From: Eledone cirrhosa
Lineage: Eukaryota
Direction: 5' to 3'
Length of the DNA: 64,000 nucleotides
NCBI GenBank assembly: GCA_964016885.1
Contig: OZ024741.1
Coordinates: 172,484,001 to 172,548,000, forward strand
In this document: positions 42,941 through 56,925 of the stretch, one piece after another
Position numbering within the stretch: position 1 is the stretch's first letter
Layout of the letters: every line of letters begins with the position of its first letter
Position numbers and translations under genes: made by a program
The notes under the pieces: generated by a model
Told to the model about the DNA's origin: nothing
What the model saw: the letters and a program-made list of their open reading frames with translations, nothing else
Database searches by the model: none

Positions 42941-43346
42941 GTCATTTCTATATAAAATTTTAAAATGCATATACTCTACCAATGTACTGATTAACTTTTC
43001 AACTGTCATTACCCCAACACATTTTGGGAAATTATATATATATATATATATATATATAAAGTATGTCCATAGAATCATTTGATAATATATATACACCATT
43101 TCCTCTCCCAATTAGCATAATTAACCACACTAAAAAAAAAAATTAGACCAGGCTATAAGATTAAAAGGCACCTATGAAGAAATAGTAGATAAATAAATGA
43201 CAGCCATCTCTTCGCGACCAACCGCCATAGAATATTTACACAACATTTCAACAGCACGTAACAGCACGTAGAAATCGATTAAATATACCGTCAACCATAC
43301 ACAATTAGGTATAAAATTAAAGTTAGAAGAAAAAATGCAGAATTAC

Positions 43347-43426
43347 GTTTCTACCCTATGGTTTCGTTCGCTTTCTGAAATATCCTATTAAGGATACAAT
43401 CTAGAGTTTCGAACTCATCAGGAAAC
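43347..43426 (-). ncRNA. Type I hammerhead, intact core (copy at 62810-62889)
   Basis: gtttc CTGATGA gttcg..tatcc ttaata ggata..cgaac GAAA cc atag gg TA gaaac. Confidence 0.88.
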
Positions 43427-43513
43427 AAACTCATTTGGACAAAGGATTTTCTTAAGTGATATCCGCCAGAAACGAATTCAAAATGGCTAAGAACTGTGAC
43501 GTGGCAGTGGTCA

Positions 43514-43576
<63 letters not shown>

Positions 43577-43701
43577 TTATTTATTTAGGTTGGTTGAGGG
43601 CGACCGACTAAAGTAGAAGATGCTAGATGGTCGGTCGTCCTCTTGTCTATGATTTTCAGCCCCATGGATTTTATCTGTTATATTCCTTTGTTATATTTCG
43701 A

Positions 43702-43759
43702 ATACCTGATGATATCACCGGATTCATACGGAACCCGGTCATTGAAATGATCATAGTAT
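43702..43759 (+). ncRNA. Type I hammerhead, intact core (copy at 63185-63242), in a ~230-bp element between (TA)n tracts
   Basis: atac CTGATGA tatc accgg..ccggt catt GAAA tgatca TA gtat. Confidence 0.82.
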
Positions 43760-43809
43760 AATAAACCTTTCAAGGATTTAGACAAGTCCAGCCTCCTATT
43801 ATTTTATTA

Positions 43810-43845
<36 letters not shown>

Positions 43846-43848
<3 letters not shown>

Positions 43849-44477
43849 AGGCCCACAAGGACTATCCATTTATTTTTGAGACTCGAAACCGTTCGGTAAA
43901 GGTAACCATAGCAGGTACAGTGAATCTTTTAAAATTTATTTTAAAACTTTTTCTTATTTGCTAAACCTTGATTATATATGTTCTGGCTTGTTAATTTATT
44001 AAGCTGCCATAGAACCACATTGGCATACGGTTGGATAATACATGTGTCCCTATATGTATTTTGCATGTAGGGACATATACTTTATTATTATTAATCTCCC
44101 CCTGGTCGAGATAACATCTGGTCGTTTTGACTGCTGCTATTTATAGCGGTAGTAGATTGACCTCTCCGCCTCTGCCTTCTATCTTTACACACGGCACTGG
44201 ACAGAATTGCTTCCACATCATTCATTCTCATCTCGGGGATAATTTTGAATAGCACCAGTTCGTAATTCGAACTCGGAAATTTTATATTCTCCGAGTGAAA
44301 AGAACCTTCTGACGAGTGAAAAGAACCTTCTGACGAGAGTTTTTCTTTTCAATGGAGGCACGCAAGGACTATCCATTTATTTTTAAAACTCGAAACCGTT
44401 CGGTAAAGGTAACCAAAGCAGGTACAGTGAGTTTTTCAACATTTCTTTTAAAACTTCTTCTTATTTGCTAAAACTTG

Positions 44478-44480
<3 letters not shown>
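43846..44480 (+). mobile_element. Non-coding hammerhead element, ~509-bp unit with ~130-bp terminal direct repeat, (TA)n on both sides (copy at 63366-64000)
   Basis: 43846-43975 repeats at ~44354-44480. Confidence 0.85.
44325..44410 (+). ncRNA. Type I hammerhead, intact core (copy at 63844-63929)
   Basis: acctt CTGACGA gagtttt..aaaactc GAAA cc gttc gg TA aaggt. Confidence 0.9.
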
Positions 44481-44559
<79 letters not shown>

Positions 44560-44602
44560 TAACAGATTAAAGTTTAAGCAAAGAATCGCTGCTTTCACCC
44601 TT

Positions 44603-46275
44603 AACGAAAATTTGATGGTGTGTTTGTTAAACATTTTACTATAGATATGTGAGGGAGGGAAGCATTTATTTAAGGCACTAAAAAATAATTTAGGAATATT
44701 GTTATTAATAGAGATGGAGAAAGGAGCATTATACCGGATTATGTTTTTGTATCTAGGTCTTTTATTAAAATTATTGGAATGGTCATGATTAATTATTCTA
44801 CTGTAAGCTTTTCTAGAATTTGTTTCTTTACTATATTTGATTTTATCTGGATAGCCGGCTTTAGAAAGTGCGTTATTATAGTAATTGGCGTTAGCATCAA
44901 AGATGTTTTTATTAGAAGATATGTTAGATATTCTTTTTCCAATATTACTAACTATATCATTCTTGATATTGGTAGGATGGTTAGATTTAAAGTTAACATA
45001 ATTTAGGTTCTCATTGTTTTTATGGTAAGGGTAATATAGGCCAGTGTCAAGATTGAGAGATACATCCAAGAAATTAGCTAGTTTGATACTATTATCAAAT
45101 TCAATTTTTAGGTTATGTTGGTTAAAGAGATTACGTATATTGTTCTTAATAATATTAAGGTTAACTATATTGCAGTTTAGGATAGTAAAGAGTCCATCGT
45201 CGCGATAAATTCCACCGCGAAGTTGAGGAATTTTCCGACTCAAAGAGTTCAAAATGAAGATACCAATTAAATCAGTCAATTGAGATGAATCGGATGCTCC
45301 CATTGTGATGTCGAAGTTGTTAGAGGTATCGGCTCTGGTCCAATATTCGTTGTTGAACTCTAGGATGGTTTTACGTGCGGTGAGGATGATGTGAAGTTCA
45401 TCTGTGGTGATGTCAGAATATTTAAGTGCGAAAGATAGAGCATTATTGAGAAGTGAAGGCGAAATGGAGGAATAGTAGCTGGCAATATAAAATTGAATAA
45501 ATTTTAGTTTGTTTTTATTATCCAATTTGTTGAACCAGCCAATCACTTCAGAAGTACCAAACCATAAATTTAGGTTCAAAGAAGAGCAATTAGAACTAAC
45601 CTGTGGGATAATTCTATCCAAGATGGCTTTACTAACAACCCCCAGATCAGATTTAGAGGGGGCGATTAATCTAACAGGTAGTTCAGTGCGAAAATTGTTT
45701 TTGTGATCCTTGAGATTTATCCTCGGAGTTCTTGGGAGGAATGGTTCGGTCTTTTTTTCAATGCCAAGTTTTGACATAATCTCATAGGCTTCAAGGTTTA
45801 TGTATTCTAAATTTTCATGGTTGGTTTTACGATACTTTTTCCTAAGTTCTTTTAGGATAAGGTTGTTATAATTATCCTTGGAAATACCATATAAGTTATT
45901 GGTTTTGTCAGAGTGTACTAAAACATTTTTTGAGGAATTTAGGTTAGAGATTGTGTTCTTGAGATTTACAAGGTGCTCTTGTCCTTTGTAAGGGTATCTC
46001 TTGAATTTAAGATTTTTTATTATTTTAGTTAATTCTTCCTCGAATTGTACTAGATTTTTGTTGGAAGGAGGATTTCGTCTAGAATTAAAAAGATGATCGA
46101 GGAAGTTATGTTCTTTGGTATGGACGTTCCCTTTTAGGCGCTGGTCATAGAAATAGGCTGTCCATCTAAGTCTTCTTACGAAGGAGTCAGTTTTTTCAAT
46201 AAGAAGTTTGGTGAATTCAGATTTACCAGGTATAGGAATGTCTTTAGTTCAATTGGTTATGTTGTAATAATCCAT
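44603..46275 (-). pseudogene. Naiad-2 ORF, N-terminus through RT/thumb (in-frame TGA at codon 9; truncated at ~44603)
   Basis: MDYYNITN*TKDIPIP..VRRLRWTAYF..HSDKTNNLY..LKDHKNNF..RLIAPSKSDLG..FDITMGASDS..IYRDDG..NFLDVSLNL. Confidence 0.92.
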
Positions 46276-46480
46276 GTTGTAGAAGAAGAGGTGAAGGACC
46301 ATCAAAAGGTATCCAATATGAGAGTAAGCGCTCAACCGTTAAGGAGCAAGTTAATGTAGGAGGTGAGTTTTATTGCAGTACAATAAAGCAATGCAGATAT
46401 CGGATAAGAAGCACTCTACAGTTTGTAGGACTGGAGTATACATAATATAAGATCAAAAGATGGTTAAAGGAGTTCCATGT

Positions 46481-46549
46481 ATTTTATTATGCGCATTTCA
46501 AAAACAAACATCATCATGCAATAATATTTGTGTTTTCATCAGATAAAAC
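46481..46549 (-). ncRNA. Naiad-2 hammerhead, intact core
   Basis: gttttat CTGATGA aaacacaaata..tgtttgttttt GAAA tgcgca TA ataaaat. Confidence 0.88.
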
Positions 46550-47568
46550 AGGAGAACATGATATGAAGGCTAAAAAACACTTGTGGATAGTGCAGTTTTA
46601 AATCAACATATGAAAAGTGGTTTTAGATTGATGTGTGATATTGAAAAAAATATTTTATTTAGAGAGGGGGGGTGGAAAGGATGAAAACGGGGAGGAGATG
46701 AGAGGGAGAGATGGGTGATAGAGAGAAAGAGATAGTTTTTATAACTGAGAGGAGATATATTGTTTTACATAGAGAGGTTGAAAACCGTTGGAAGATAATG
46801 TATAAATTAAAACAATTTTTGAAAATTAACGAAGGGAGGATATGTGCGAGGAAAAGATATTTTATTTAGGGAGGGGTGGTGGAAAGGATGAAAAAAGGGG
46901 AGGAGATGAGAGTGAAGGTGGAGAGGGAGAGATGGGTGATAGAGAGAAAGAGATAGTTTTTATAACTGAGAAAAAGATATATTGTTTTATATAGAGAGGT
47001 TGAGAACCGTTGGAAGATAATATATAAATTAAAGGAATTTGAAAATTAACGAAGGGAATTTATGTATGAAGATAGAGAGAAAAAATAATAATTGTGGATG
47101 AATATTCTAACGTCAAAAAAGGGTATGTTGATAAGTATTGTGGCAATTTCAAAATTAACGAAGAGAAAAATTATTAAGGTTTGTGTGTAGAAGGATTTGA
47201 GAAAAATAATGTGAAGTTAAAGTTTGTATATTGAAGGAATTGATAATATATGCGAATAAAGAGTTAATATGTATTAAGAATGAGTTCGTTGATGGGGAGA
47301 AAAAAATAATAAATTAAGGATGAAATTGAGATTAAAAAGATTTATGATAGAGAGAAAAAATAATAATGATTGCGGATGAATATTCTAACGTCAAGAAAAC
47401 GAATGTATATGTTATGAAGGATTTTACAGGGTGAAGATAGAATGAGGGTAATGAGTAAACAAGTATTATAGTGTGTATAATGCCCTTTAAATTAGATGGG
47501 TATATTTTAAAGAGGTGTATGTATATGTGCCTTTGAGAAAAGATTCTAAATTGATAAAGAATTGAATA

Positions 47569-48836
47569 TTAACTGTATACTTTGTGAAAAGTCCTATGGA
47601 ATTTATGCAGGCAGATAGAAAACAAATCTGTACGTCTATTTATTATAGAATCTAGGTTAGAGATAATGGTAAATTTTTCATTTAGGCAGAGATTACAGAT
47701 TTTAGATAGAGAGCTGTTCAAATATGAGGATGCAGAAGAAACCTTCTTCCAAAAGATGGTATATTTAATGTTTTTGTCTTTTAAGGACCATATGAGTTCT
47801 GAGAGAGCAGTGTTGGTTCTTTTAAGTTTGTATTTGAAAGATGAATGATGATTATAGGGACGAGCTTTAAAAGAGGTGAAAGTGGAGCCAAAATAGGTGA
47901 AGGAATTGGTGCTAGTTATAATTTTACATTCATAAATTAAGTTTTTATCTAGACAATGGTTGTTGAGAGGACATTTATTTTTAATGCGGCAGTTGCAATT
48001 AGAGAGATTATTAATGAGTGACCTAGTGTTATCTATAGAAGGAATTGGATTGGAGAAGTTGTTTGCGATAGGAATAATAGGAATAATAGTTTCTTTATTT
48101 AGAGTTGGATTATGAACATTTAGCGAAGTTGTGTTTGACGTTGTATTTGGGTTTACAGAAGTTAGCCTAGGGTTTACAATGACGTCGGGAGTACTATTAC
48201 TGTTATTATGAAATTCAATATTGGAAGGAAGAGATTTAGTATTTAGTATTTTATTGTTGTGTTTAGAGATGATGTTGGAAATATTGGAGGATGTAGAATA
48301 CGAAAATGTGATGGTGAGTTTGTTAAATATTTTACTATAGATATGTGAGGGAGGGAAGCATTTATTTAAGGCACTAAAAAATAATTTAGGAATATTGTTA
48401 TTAATAGAATTGGAGAAAGGAGCATTATACCAGATTATGTTTTTGTATCTAGGTCTTTTATTAAAATTATTGGAATGGTCATGATTAATTATTCTACTGT
48501 AAGTTTTTCTAGAATTTGTTTCTTTACTATATTTGATTTTATCTGGATTGCCGGCTTTAGAAAGTGCGTTATTATAGTAATTGGCGTTAGCATCAAAGAT
48601 GTTTTTATTAGAAGATATGTTAGATATTCTTTTTCCAATATTACTAACTATAGCATTCTTGATATTGGTAGGATGGTTAGATTTAAAGTTAACATAATTT
48701 AGGTTCTCATTGTTTTTATGGTAAGGGTAATATAGGCCAGTGTCAAGATTAAGAGATACATCCAAGAAATTGGCTAGTTTGATACTATTATCAAATTCAA
48801 TTTTTAGGTTATGTTGGTTAAAGAGATTACGTATAT
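47569..48836 (-). pseudogene. Naiad-2 ORF C-terminal half (thumb, Zn linker, GIY-YIG), 5'-truncated
   Basis: ORF 47569..48765: SNHP, WYNAPF, CNCRIKNKCPLNNHCL, LIYEC..YFGST..FKAR, CNLCLNEK. Confidence 0.92.
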
Positions 48837-48857
48837 TGTGCTTTTAATGCGGCAGTT

Positions 48858-51274
48858 GCAATATAGTTAACCTTAATATTATTAAGAACAATATACGTAA
48901 TCTCTTTAACCAACATAACCTAAAAATTGAATTTGATAATAGTATCAAACTAGCTAATTTCTTGGATGTATCTCTTAATCATGACACTGGCCTATATTAC
49001 CCTTACCATAAAAACAATGAGAACCTAAATTATGTTAACTTTAAATCTAACCATCCTACCAATATCAAGAATGCTATAGTTAGTAATATTGGAAAAAGAA
49101 TATCTAACATATCTTCTAATAAAATCATCTTTGATGCTAACGCCAATTACTATAATAACGCACTTTCTAAAGCCGGCAAGCCAGATAAAATCAAATATAG
49201 TAAAGAAACAAATTCTAGAAAAACTTACAGTAGAATAATTAATCATGACCATTCCAATAATTTTAATAAAAGACCTAGATACAAAAACATAATCTGGTAT
49301 AATGCTCCTTTCTCCATCTCTATTAATAACAATATTCCTAAATTATTGTTAGTGCCTTAAATAAATGCTTCCCTTTCTCACATATCTATAGTAAAATATT
49401 TAACAAACACACCATCAAATTTTCGTATTCTACATCCTCCAATATTTCCAACATCATCTCTAAACACAACAATAAAATACTAAATACTAAATCTCTTCCT
49501 TCCAATATTGAATTTCATAATAACAGTAATAGTACTCCCGACGTCATTGTAAACCCTAGGCTAACTTCTGTAAACCCAAATACAACGTCAAACACAACTT
49601 CGCTAAATGTTCATAATCCAACTCTAAATCAAGAAACTATTATTCCTATTATTCCTATCGCAAACAACTTCTCCAATCCAATTCCTTCTATAGATAACAC
49701 TAGGTCACTCATTAATAATCTCTCTAATTGCAACTGCCGCATTAAAAATAAATGTCCTCTCAACAACCATTGTCTCGATAAAAACTTAATTTATGAATGT
49801 AAAATTATAACTAGCACCAATTCCTTCACCTATTTTGGCTCCACTTTCACCTCTTTTAAAGCTCGTCTCTATAATCATCATTCATCTTTCAAATACAAAC
49901 TTAAAAGAACCAACACTGCTCTCTCAGAACTCATATGGTCCTTAAAAGACAAAAACATTAAATATACCATCTTTTGGAAGAAGGTTTCTTCTGCATCCTC
50001 ATACTTGAACAGCTCTCTATCTAAAATCTGTAATCTCTGCCTAAATGAAAAATTTACCATTATCTCTAACCTAGATTCTATAATAAATAGACGTACAGAT
50101 TTGTTTTCTATCTGCCTGCATAAATTCCATAGGACTTTTCACAAAGTATACAGTTAATATTCAATTCTTTATCAATTTAGAATCTTTTCTCAAAGGCACA
50201 TATACATACACCTCTTTAAAATATACCCATCTAATTTAAAGGGCATTATACACTCTATAATACTTGTTTACTCATTACCCTCATTCTATCTTCACCCTGT
50301 AAAATCCTTCATAACATATACATTCGTTTTCTTGACGTTAGAATATTCATCCGCAATCATTATTATTTTTTCTCTCTATCATAAATCTTTTTAATCTCAA
50401 TTTCATCCTTAATTTATTATTTTTTTCTCCCCATCAACGAACTCATTCTTAATACATATTAACTCTTTATTCGCATATATTATCAATTCCTTCAATATAC
50501 AAACTTTAACTTCACATTATTTTTCTCAAATCCTTCTACACACAAACCTTAATAATTTTTCTCTTCGTTAATTTTGAAATTGCCACAATACTTATCAACA
50601 TACCCTTTTTTGACGTTAGAATATTCATCCACAATTATTATTTTTTCTCTCTATCTTCATACATAAATTCCCTTCGTTAATTTTCAAATTCCTTTAATTT
50701 ATACATTACCTTCCAACGGTTCTCAACCTCTCTATATAAAACAATATATCTTTTTCTCAGTTATAAAAACTATCTCTTTCTCTCTATCACCCATCTCTCC
50801 CTCTCCACCTTCACTCTCATCTCCTCCCCTTTTTTCATCCTTTCCACCACCCCCTCCCTAAATAAAATATCTTTTCCTCGCACATATCCTCCCTTCGTTA
50901 ATTTTCAAAAATTGTTTTAATTTATACATTATCTTCCAACGGTTTTCAACCTCTCTATGTAAAACAATATATCTCCTCTCAGTTATAAAAACTATCTCTT
51001 TCTCTCTATCACCCATCTCTCCCTCTCATCTCCTCCCCTTTTTCATCCTTCCCCCCCCTCTCTAAATAAAATATTTTTTTCAATATCACACATCAATCTA
51101 AAACCACTTTTCATATGTTGATTTAAAACTGCACTATCCACAAGTGTTTTTTAGCCTTCATATCATGTTCTCCTGTTTTATCTGATGAAAACACAAATAT
51201 TATTGCATGATGATGTTTGTTTTTGAAATGCGCATAATAAAATACATGGAACTCCTTTAACCATCTTTTGATCT

Positions 51275-51281
<7 letters not shown>
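48858..51281 (+). mobile_element. Inverted Naiad-2 copy: ORF C-half (frameshift near 49348), 3' UTR, hammerhead 51175-51243, tail ending in (TA)n
   Basis: Reverse complement of 46443-48836. Confidence 0.93.
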
Positions 51282-51314
<33 letters not shown>

Positions 51315-51766
51315 ACTAGAAATTGATTAACATATAAATAAAATGCTCGGACCTACTCCTTAGAATCTTAGAGCTTATTTTACGGGTGATATCGCGCATG
51401 TCTTTCTGGCATGACACCCATAATTTTGAATTAGATTAAATTCGTTTGATTTATCTTAATTTTGTATATATATATATATATATAAATATATATATATATA
51501 AACGGAAAAAATGAAACGAAATTTCATTTCCCACTCTTAGTACGGCTGTTACTTAAATATAAGTATGTACACGTACATACATATATGTATACAGACGTAC
51601 AGTAGTATGTATATATATATACATACATGCACACATATATATATATGTACGTATGGATTCACCGAACATTTATTATAATGTTCGATGTGTTTGTAAACAA
51701 ACATCCCGTATTAAGTCGTAGTATCTAGCAACCATCGTTGCTCGTTTGTTCAACACTGTCAAAGGA

Positions 51767-51809
51767 ACGGTGTACTAGTTTCAAGCTTATTAGCTATCCT
51801 CAGCAACGT
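51767..51809 (-). ncRNA. Family A hammerhead (N7 = G)
   Basis: acgttg CTGAGGA tagct aata agctt GAAA ctag TA caccgt. Confidence 0.8.
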
Positions 51810-51971
51810 ATACCATCCTGCCAGATTGTTGAACGTATATACTTACCTTATGCATATTAACAGCTGCGAAGCCTAATTTGCATATCGAGTGGGTTAATCG
51901 GCCGGGTGCACCTAAAACGACAAACGGAAAAAATGAAAAAACTGTACGTCTGTATACATATATGTATGTAC

Positions 51972-52026
<55 letters not shown>

Positions 52027-52765
52027 ATATATACACACACATATGCTCTTTTACTCTTTTACATGTACCAGCCATCTGGCTGAAGCCATGCTGAGGCACA
52101 GCCCTTGTTGCTACACATTCTATCTCCAGCCTGTGTTGGCTGGCCATTGGTGTAAGAGGCAGATCGTTGCTGCTGCCTTTATGTTACATTCGTACCTTGC
52201 TGTGAGGCTCATCTGGGATCTTGGATAGCAGGGTGTCAAGATGTTTCTTGAAACCGTCCAGGTTTACACCAGATATACATTTATATAAATATATATATAT
52301 ATATATATGTACATACATATATATATATATAGACTAAAAGTCTAAAGTCTGTCTTAAGACAGAAGGTTCATTTGGCCGCTGCTTATCCCGGTTTCATGGC
52401 GTAAAGCGACTGAGAGTACAAGACTATCCCCTGGATAGGACGCCAGTCCATCGCAGGGTTAAACCCCCAGCTATTGCTGGTACACATTTTCACCTGAGTA
52501 TACTGGAGCAACGTGAAATGAATTGTTTTGATCAAGAACACAACACGCAGCCCAGGGATCGAAACCACGACATTATGATCGTAAGTCCAACACTCTTACC
52601 ACTAGGCCACGAGCCTCCACTATATATATATACATATATACATATACATATATATATACATATACATATATATATATATATATACATACACACATATATA
52701 TATATATACATATATACATACACACATATATATATATATATACATATATACATATATATACATAT

Positions 52766-52941
<176 letters not shown>

Positions 52942-52949
52942 CACATATA

Positions 52950-53019
<70 letters not shown>

Positions 53020-53024
53020 CATAT

Positions 53025-53103
<79 letters not shown>

Positions 53104-53106
53104 ATA

Positions 53107-53147
<41 letters not shown>

Positions 53148-54336
53148 ATATATAGAGAAACCCACACATACATGCGGAAACATACATATACATGAATATA
53201 TCCACATATAACCTTGAGTTAGTGGTACCAACCTCAACCGATGTTGCTCTATGAATAACCGGGATAAACTAATCCGAATGGATTAGATTGATTCAGTATC
53301 AGAGCTATATAATACATTACGAAGAGAGAAGAAACATTAGATATAATTAATAATAAGATATATCATACCCAAACTGCTTCTTTAGTCCTCGACTACGTAG
53401 TTTCGTGGCATATTATGCAAAAACACTACATCATAGAGATATAGAATTTCTGTGAGGGTTTTAAAACTCTTAATGAGGTATCCTCTTGATAAGTCGGCAG
53501 ACCTCACAAAAATTCTATATCTCTGTGATGTAGTGTTTTTGCATAATATGCCACGAAACTACGTAGTCGGGGACAAAAGAAGCAGTTTGGGTATGATACA
53601 TCTAATTATTAATTATATCTAATGTTTCTTCTCTCTTCGTAATGTATTATATAGCTCTGATACTGAATCAATCTAATCCATTCGGATTAGTTTATCCCAG
53701 TTATTCATAGAGCAACATCGGTTGAGGTTGGTACCAATAACTCAAGGTTATATGTGGATATATTCATGTATATGTATGTGAAGGAAAGATAAAGTGTAGG
53801 GGGGTTAGAATTTGGAAATATTTAATTTATAATATTAATGTGAAGACTCCAGATTTCAGGATTATTTGCTATTTATTTATATTATTTATATAAATTCGAT
53901 AAGTGTGTTATCATTTCTAAACTTCTGAATTGTGAGAATAACATTATAAAGGATTTAGCTGGCGCATAAAGAATGAAATATTATACTGTTGATTAATTAC
54001 CTAAATCTTCACATTAATATTATGAATTAAATAATTCTAAATTCTAACCGTTTAACTTTCGAAAAAAAAACCTACACTTTATCTTTTCTTCCTTATAAAT
54101 CTTTTTCCAGTGGCTGTCACAGGCTGTAATGATTCATGAGACGTTTCCCTAGCAATTTAAAATTTTAGAACACTTTAAGTATGCAGGGTTTTTTCTTACT
54201 CACACATTCTCTAATGAATTCATTACGTTTTCGCACTCTCACACAAATATTATATAGGCAAAATGTTCTATCGGGTAATCACTACCTTGATTAAATCTTA
54301 ACTATTTAACATCTCAGGTATGTCATGTATCATTAT

Positions 54337-54389
54337 ATTTTGTCTGATGAGGACGTACTGTTGTATATCCGAAATATGTATAATAAAAT
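54337..54389 (+). ncRNA. Type I hammerhead, intact core
   Basis: attttgt CTGATGA ggacgtac tgtt gtatatcc GAAA tatgta TA ataaaat. Confidence 0.88.
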
Positions 54390-54471
54390 GTAATTGAATA
54401 AAAGAATATCTATTTTATTAATACCATGTGCGTTTTTCACTGGTAGTTGGCTCCTCTGCCGCCAGGAAAAA

Positions 54472-54607
54472 ACTCGTTGATAAAGTAAACCTCCGTTCCA
54501 CTTACTCTAGTAGGCTTTTATATTTATATGTGAGCTGATAGAGTACAGTCTAAGGATTTACAGAAACCCATGAAGCTAGATTTAACACCTGTCTAGTGGG
54601 TCCAGGT
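54472..54607 (+). ncRNA. Extended hammerhead (U3-A8), copy 1
   Basis: actcg TTGATAA a gtaaa cct..agg a tttac a GAAA ccc..ctaga(11 nt)tctag t ggg TC caggt; one stem I mismatch. Confidence 0.78.
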
Positions 54608-55087
54608 ATGATTTTACATTCATTTAAATTATTGACGTATTGTTTTATTGATATTTTTTATCTGTTTGGCCCGAATCTTCCTCTATCGATTTTAAATCGT
54701 ATGGTTGATTGTAGACTTGTTCTATATGTGACGGTATTTTAACGATAGTTATAGCTCTGATTCATCTGAATTATTGAGCCCTCTGCCGCTCATATCGAAT
54801 TTCGTTTATCGTGAACTCGTGCGCCGATTTTTCGATACTCAATCTTTCTAATATATTTAGCTCTGGACATAGCTATCCACCAGTTAATTTTATTGCTCAT
54901 TTTTTGTCGATTCTATTGAGTGATGAATAGCTTTTGTTTTATTTTAACATGTCTATTGAGCACTCTAATTCGATATGTGTATTTCCACATTCACTCGAAT
55001 TGTTTTCGCGGATATAGGGGTCATCTCCCTTGTCTAATGCCATGTGCGTTTTTCACTGGTAGTTGGCTCCTCTGCCGCCAGGAAAAA

Positions 55088-55223
55088 ACTCGTTGATAAA
55101 GTAAACCTCCGTTCCACTTACTCTAGTAGGCTTTTATATTTATATGTGAGCTGATAGAGTACAGTCTAAGGATTTACAGAAACCCATGAAGCTAGATTTA
55201 ACACCTGTCTAGTGGGTCCGGGT
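55088..55223 (+). ncRNA. Extended hammerhead (U3-A8), copy 2
   Basis: Same fold, with stem I actcg/cgggt fully paired; predicted cut after 55218. Confidence 0.82.
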
Positions 55224-55460
55224 ATGATTTTACATTCAATTAAATTATTGACGTATTGTTTTATTGATATTTTTTATCTGTTTGGTCCGAATCTTCCTCT
55301 ATCGATTTTAAATCGTATGGTTGATTGTAGACTTGTTCTATATGTGACGGTATTTTAACGATAGTTATAGCTCTGATTCATCTGAATTATTGAGCCCTCT
55401 GCCGCTCATATCGAATTTCGTTTATCGTGAACTCGTGCGCCGATTTTTCGATACTCGATC

Positions 55461-55537
<77 letters not shown>

Positions 55538-55688
55538 TATATACACATATATATATATACACATATATATACAGTATATATACACACGTATATACAGTAT
55601 ATATACACACCTATATATATATATATATATATACATATATACACATATATATACATATATATATATATATACACATATATATATACAC

Positions 55689-55719
<31 letters not shown>

Positions 55720-55729
55720 CATACATACA

Positions 55730-56398
<669 letters not shown>

Positions 56399-56882
56399 TC
56401 ATAATGTCGTGGGTTCGATTCCTGAGTTGCTTGTTGTATTCTTGAGCAAAACACTTCATTTCACTTTGCTCCAGTATACTCAGGTGAAATGAGTACCAGC
56501 AATAGCTGAGGGGGTTAACCCTGATTTAACCTGGCGTCCTGTCCATGGGGGTGGATTCTTGTACTCTCAGTCGTTTCAAGCCGCGAAACAGGGATAAGCA
56601 CCCGCCAAATGAGCCTTCTGGCTTAAGACGGACTTTAAACTTTATATATATATATACACACAGACACACATATATATACACATATAGGAACAAGTATGAC
56701 CTCGACGGCAGAGCTCAAGCCGTTTCGACGGCTATTTCTGGACTTGTTCCTATTACCCACTCTACTGCCCTAAGTATTGAGTACCTTGGTTCGTTATGGT
56801 CCATCTGGTTCCTTACCACAATTACTTCGTTATACACACATATATATATATATACACACATATATATGTATATGAATCTGTG

Positions 56883-56925
<43 letters not shown>

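Larger units (their letters stand above)
54424..55470 (+). mobile_element. Non-coding tandem element, 616-bp unit (1.7 copies), with two hammerheads
   Basis: 54424-54854 repeats at 55040-55470; ends in (TA)n. Confidence 0.88.

Noticed and set aside
46249-46251. In-frame TGA in Naiad-2 as selenocysteine (some Naiads are reported selenoproteins)
   Set aside because: It falls at a Ser-like position (xSxKxIPIP; TCA>TGA). All Zn-linker and EN cysteines here are TGY, so a nonsense mutation is more likely.
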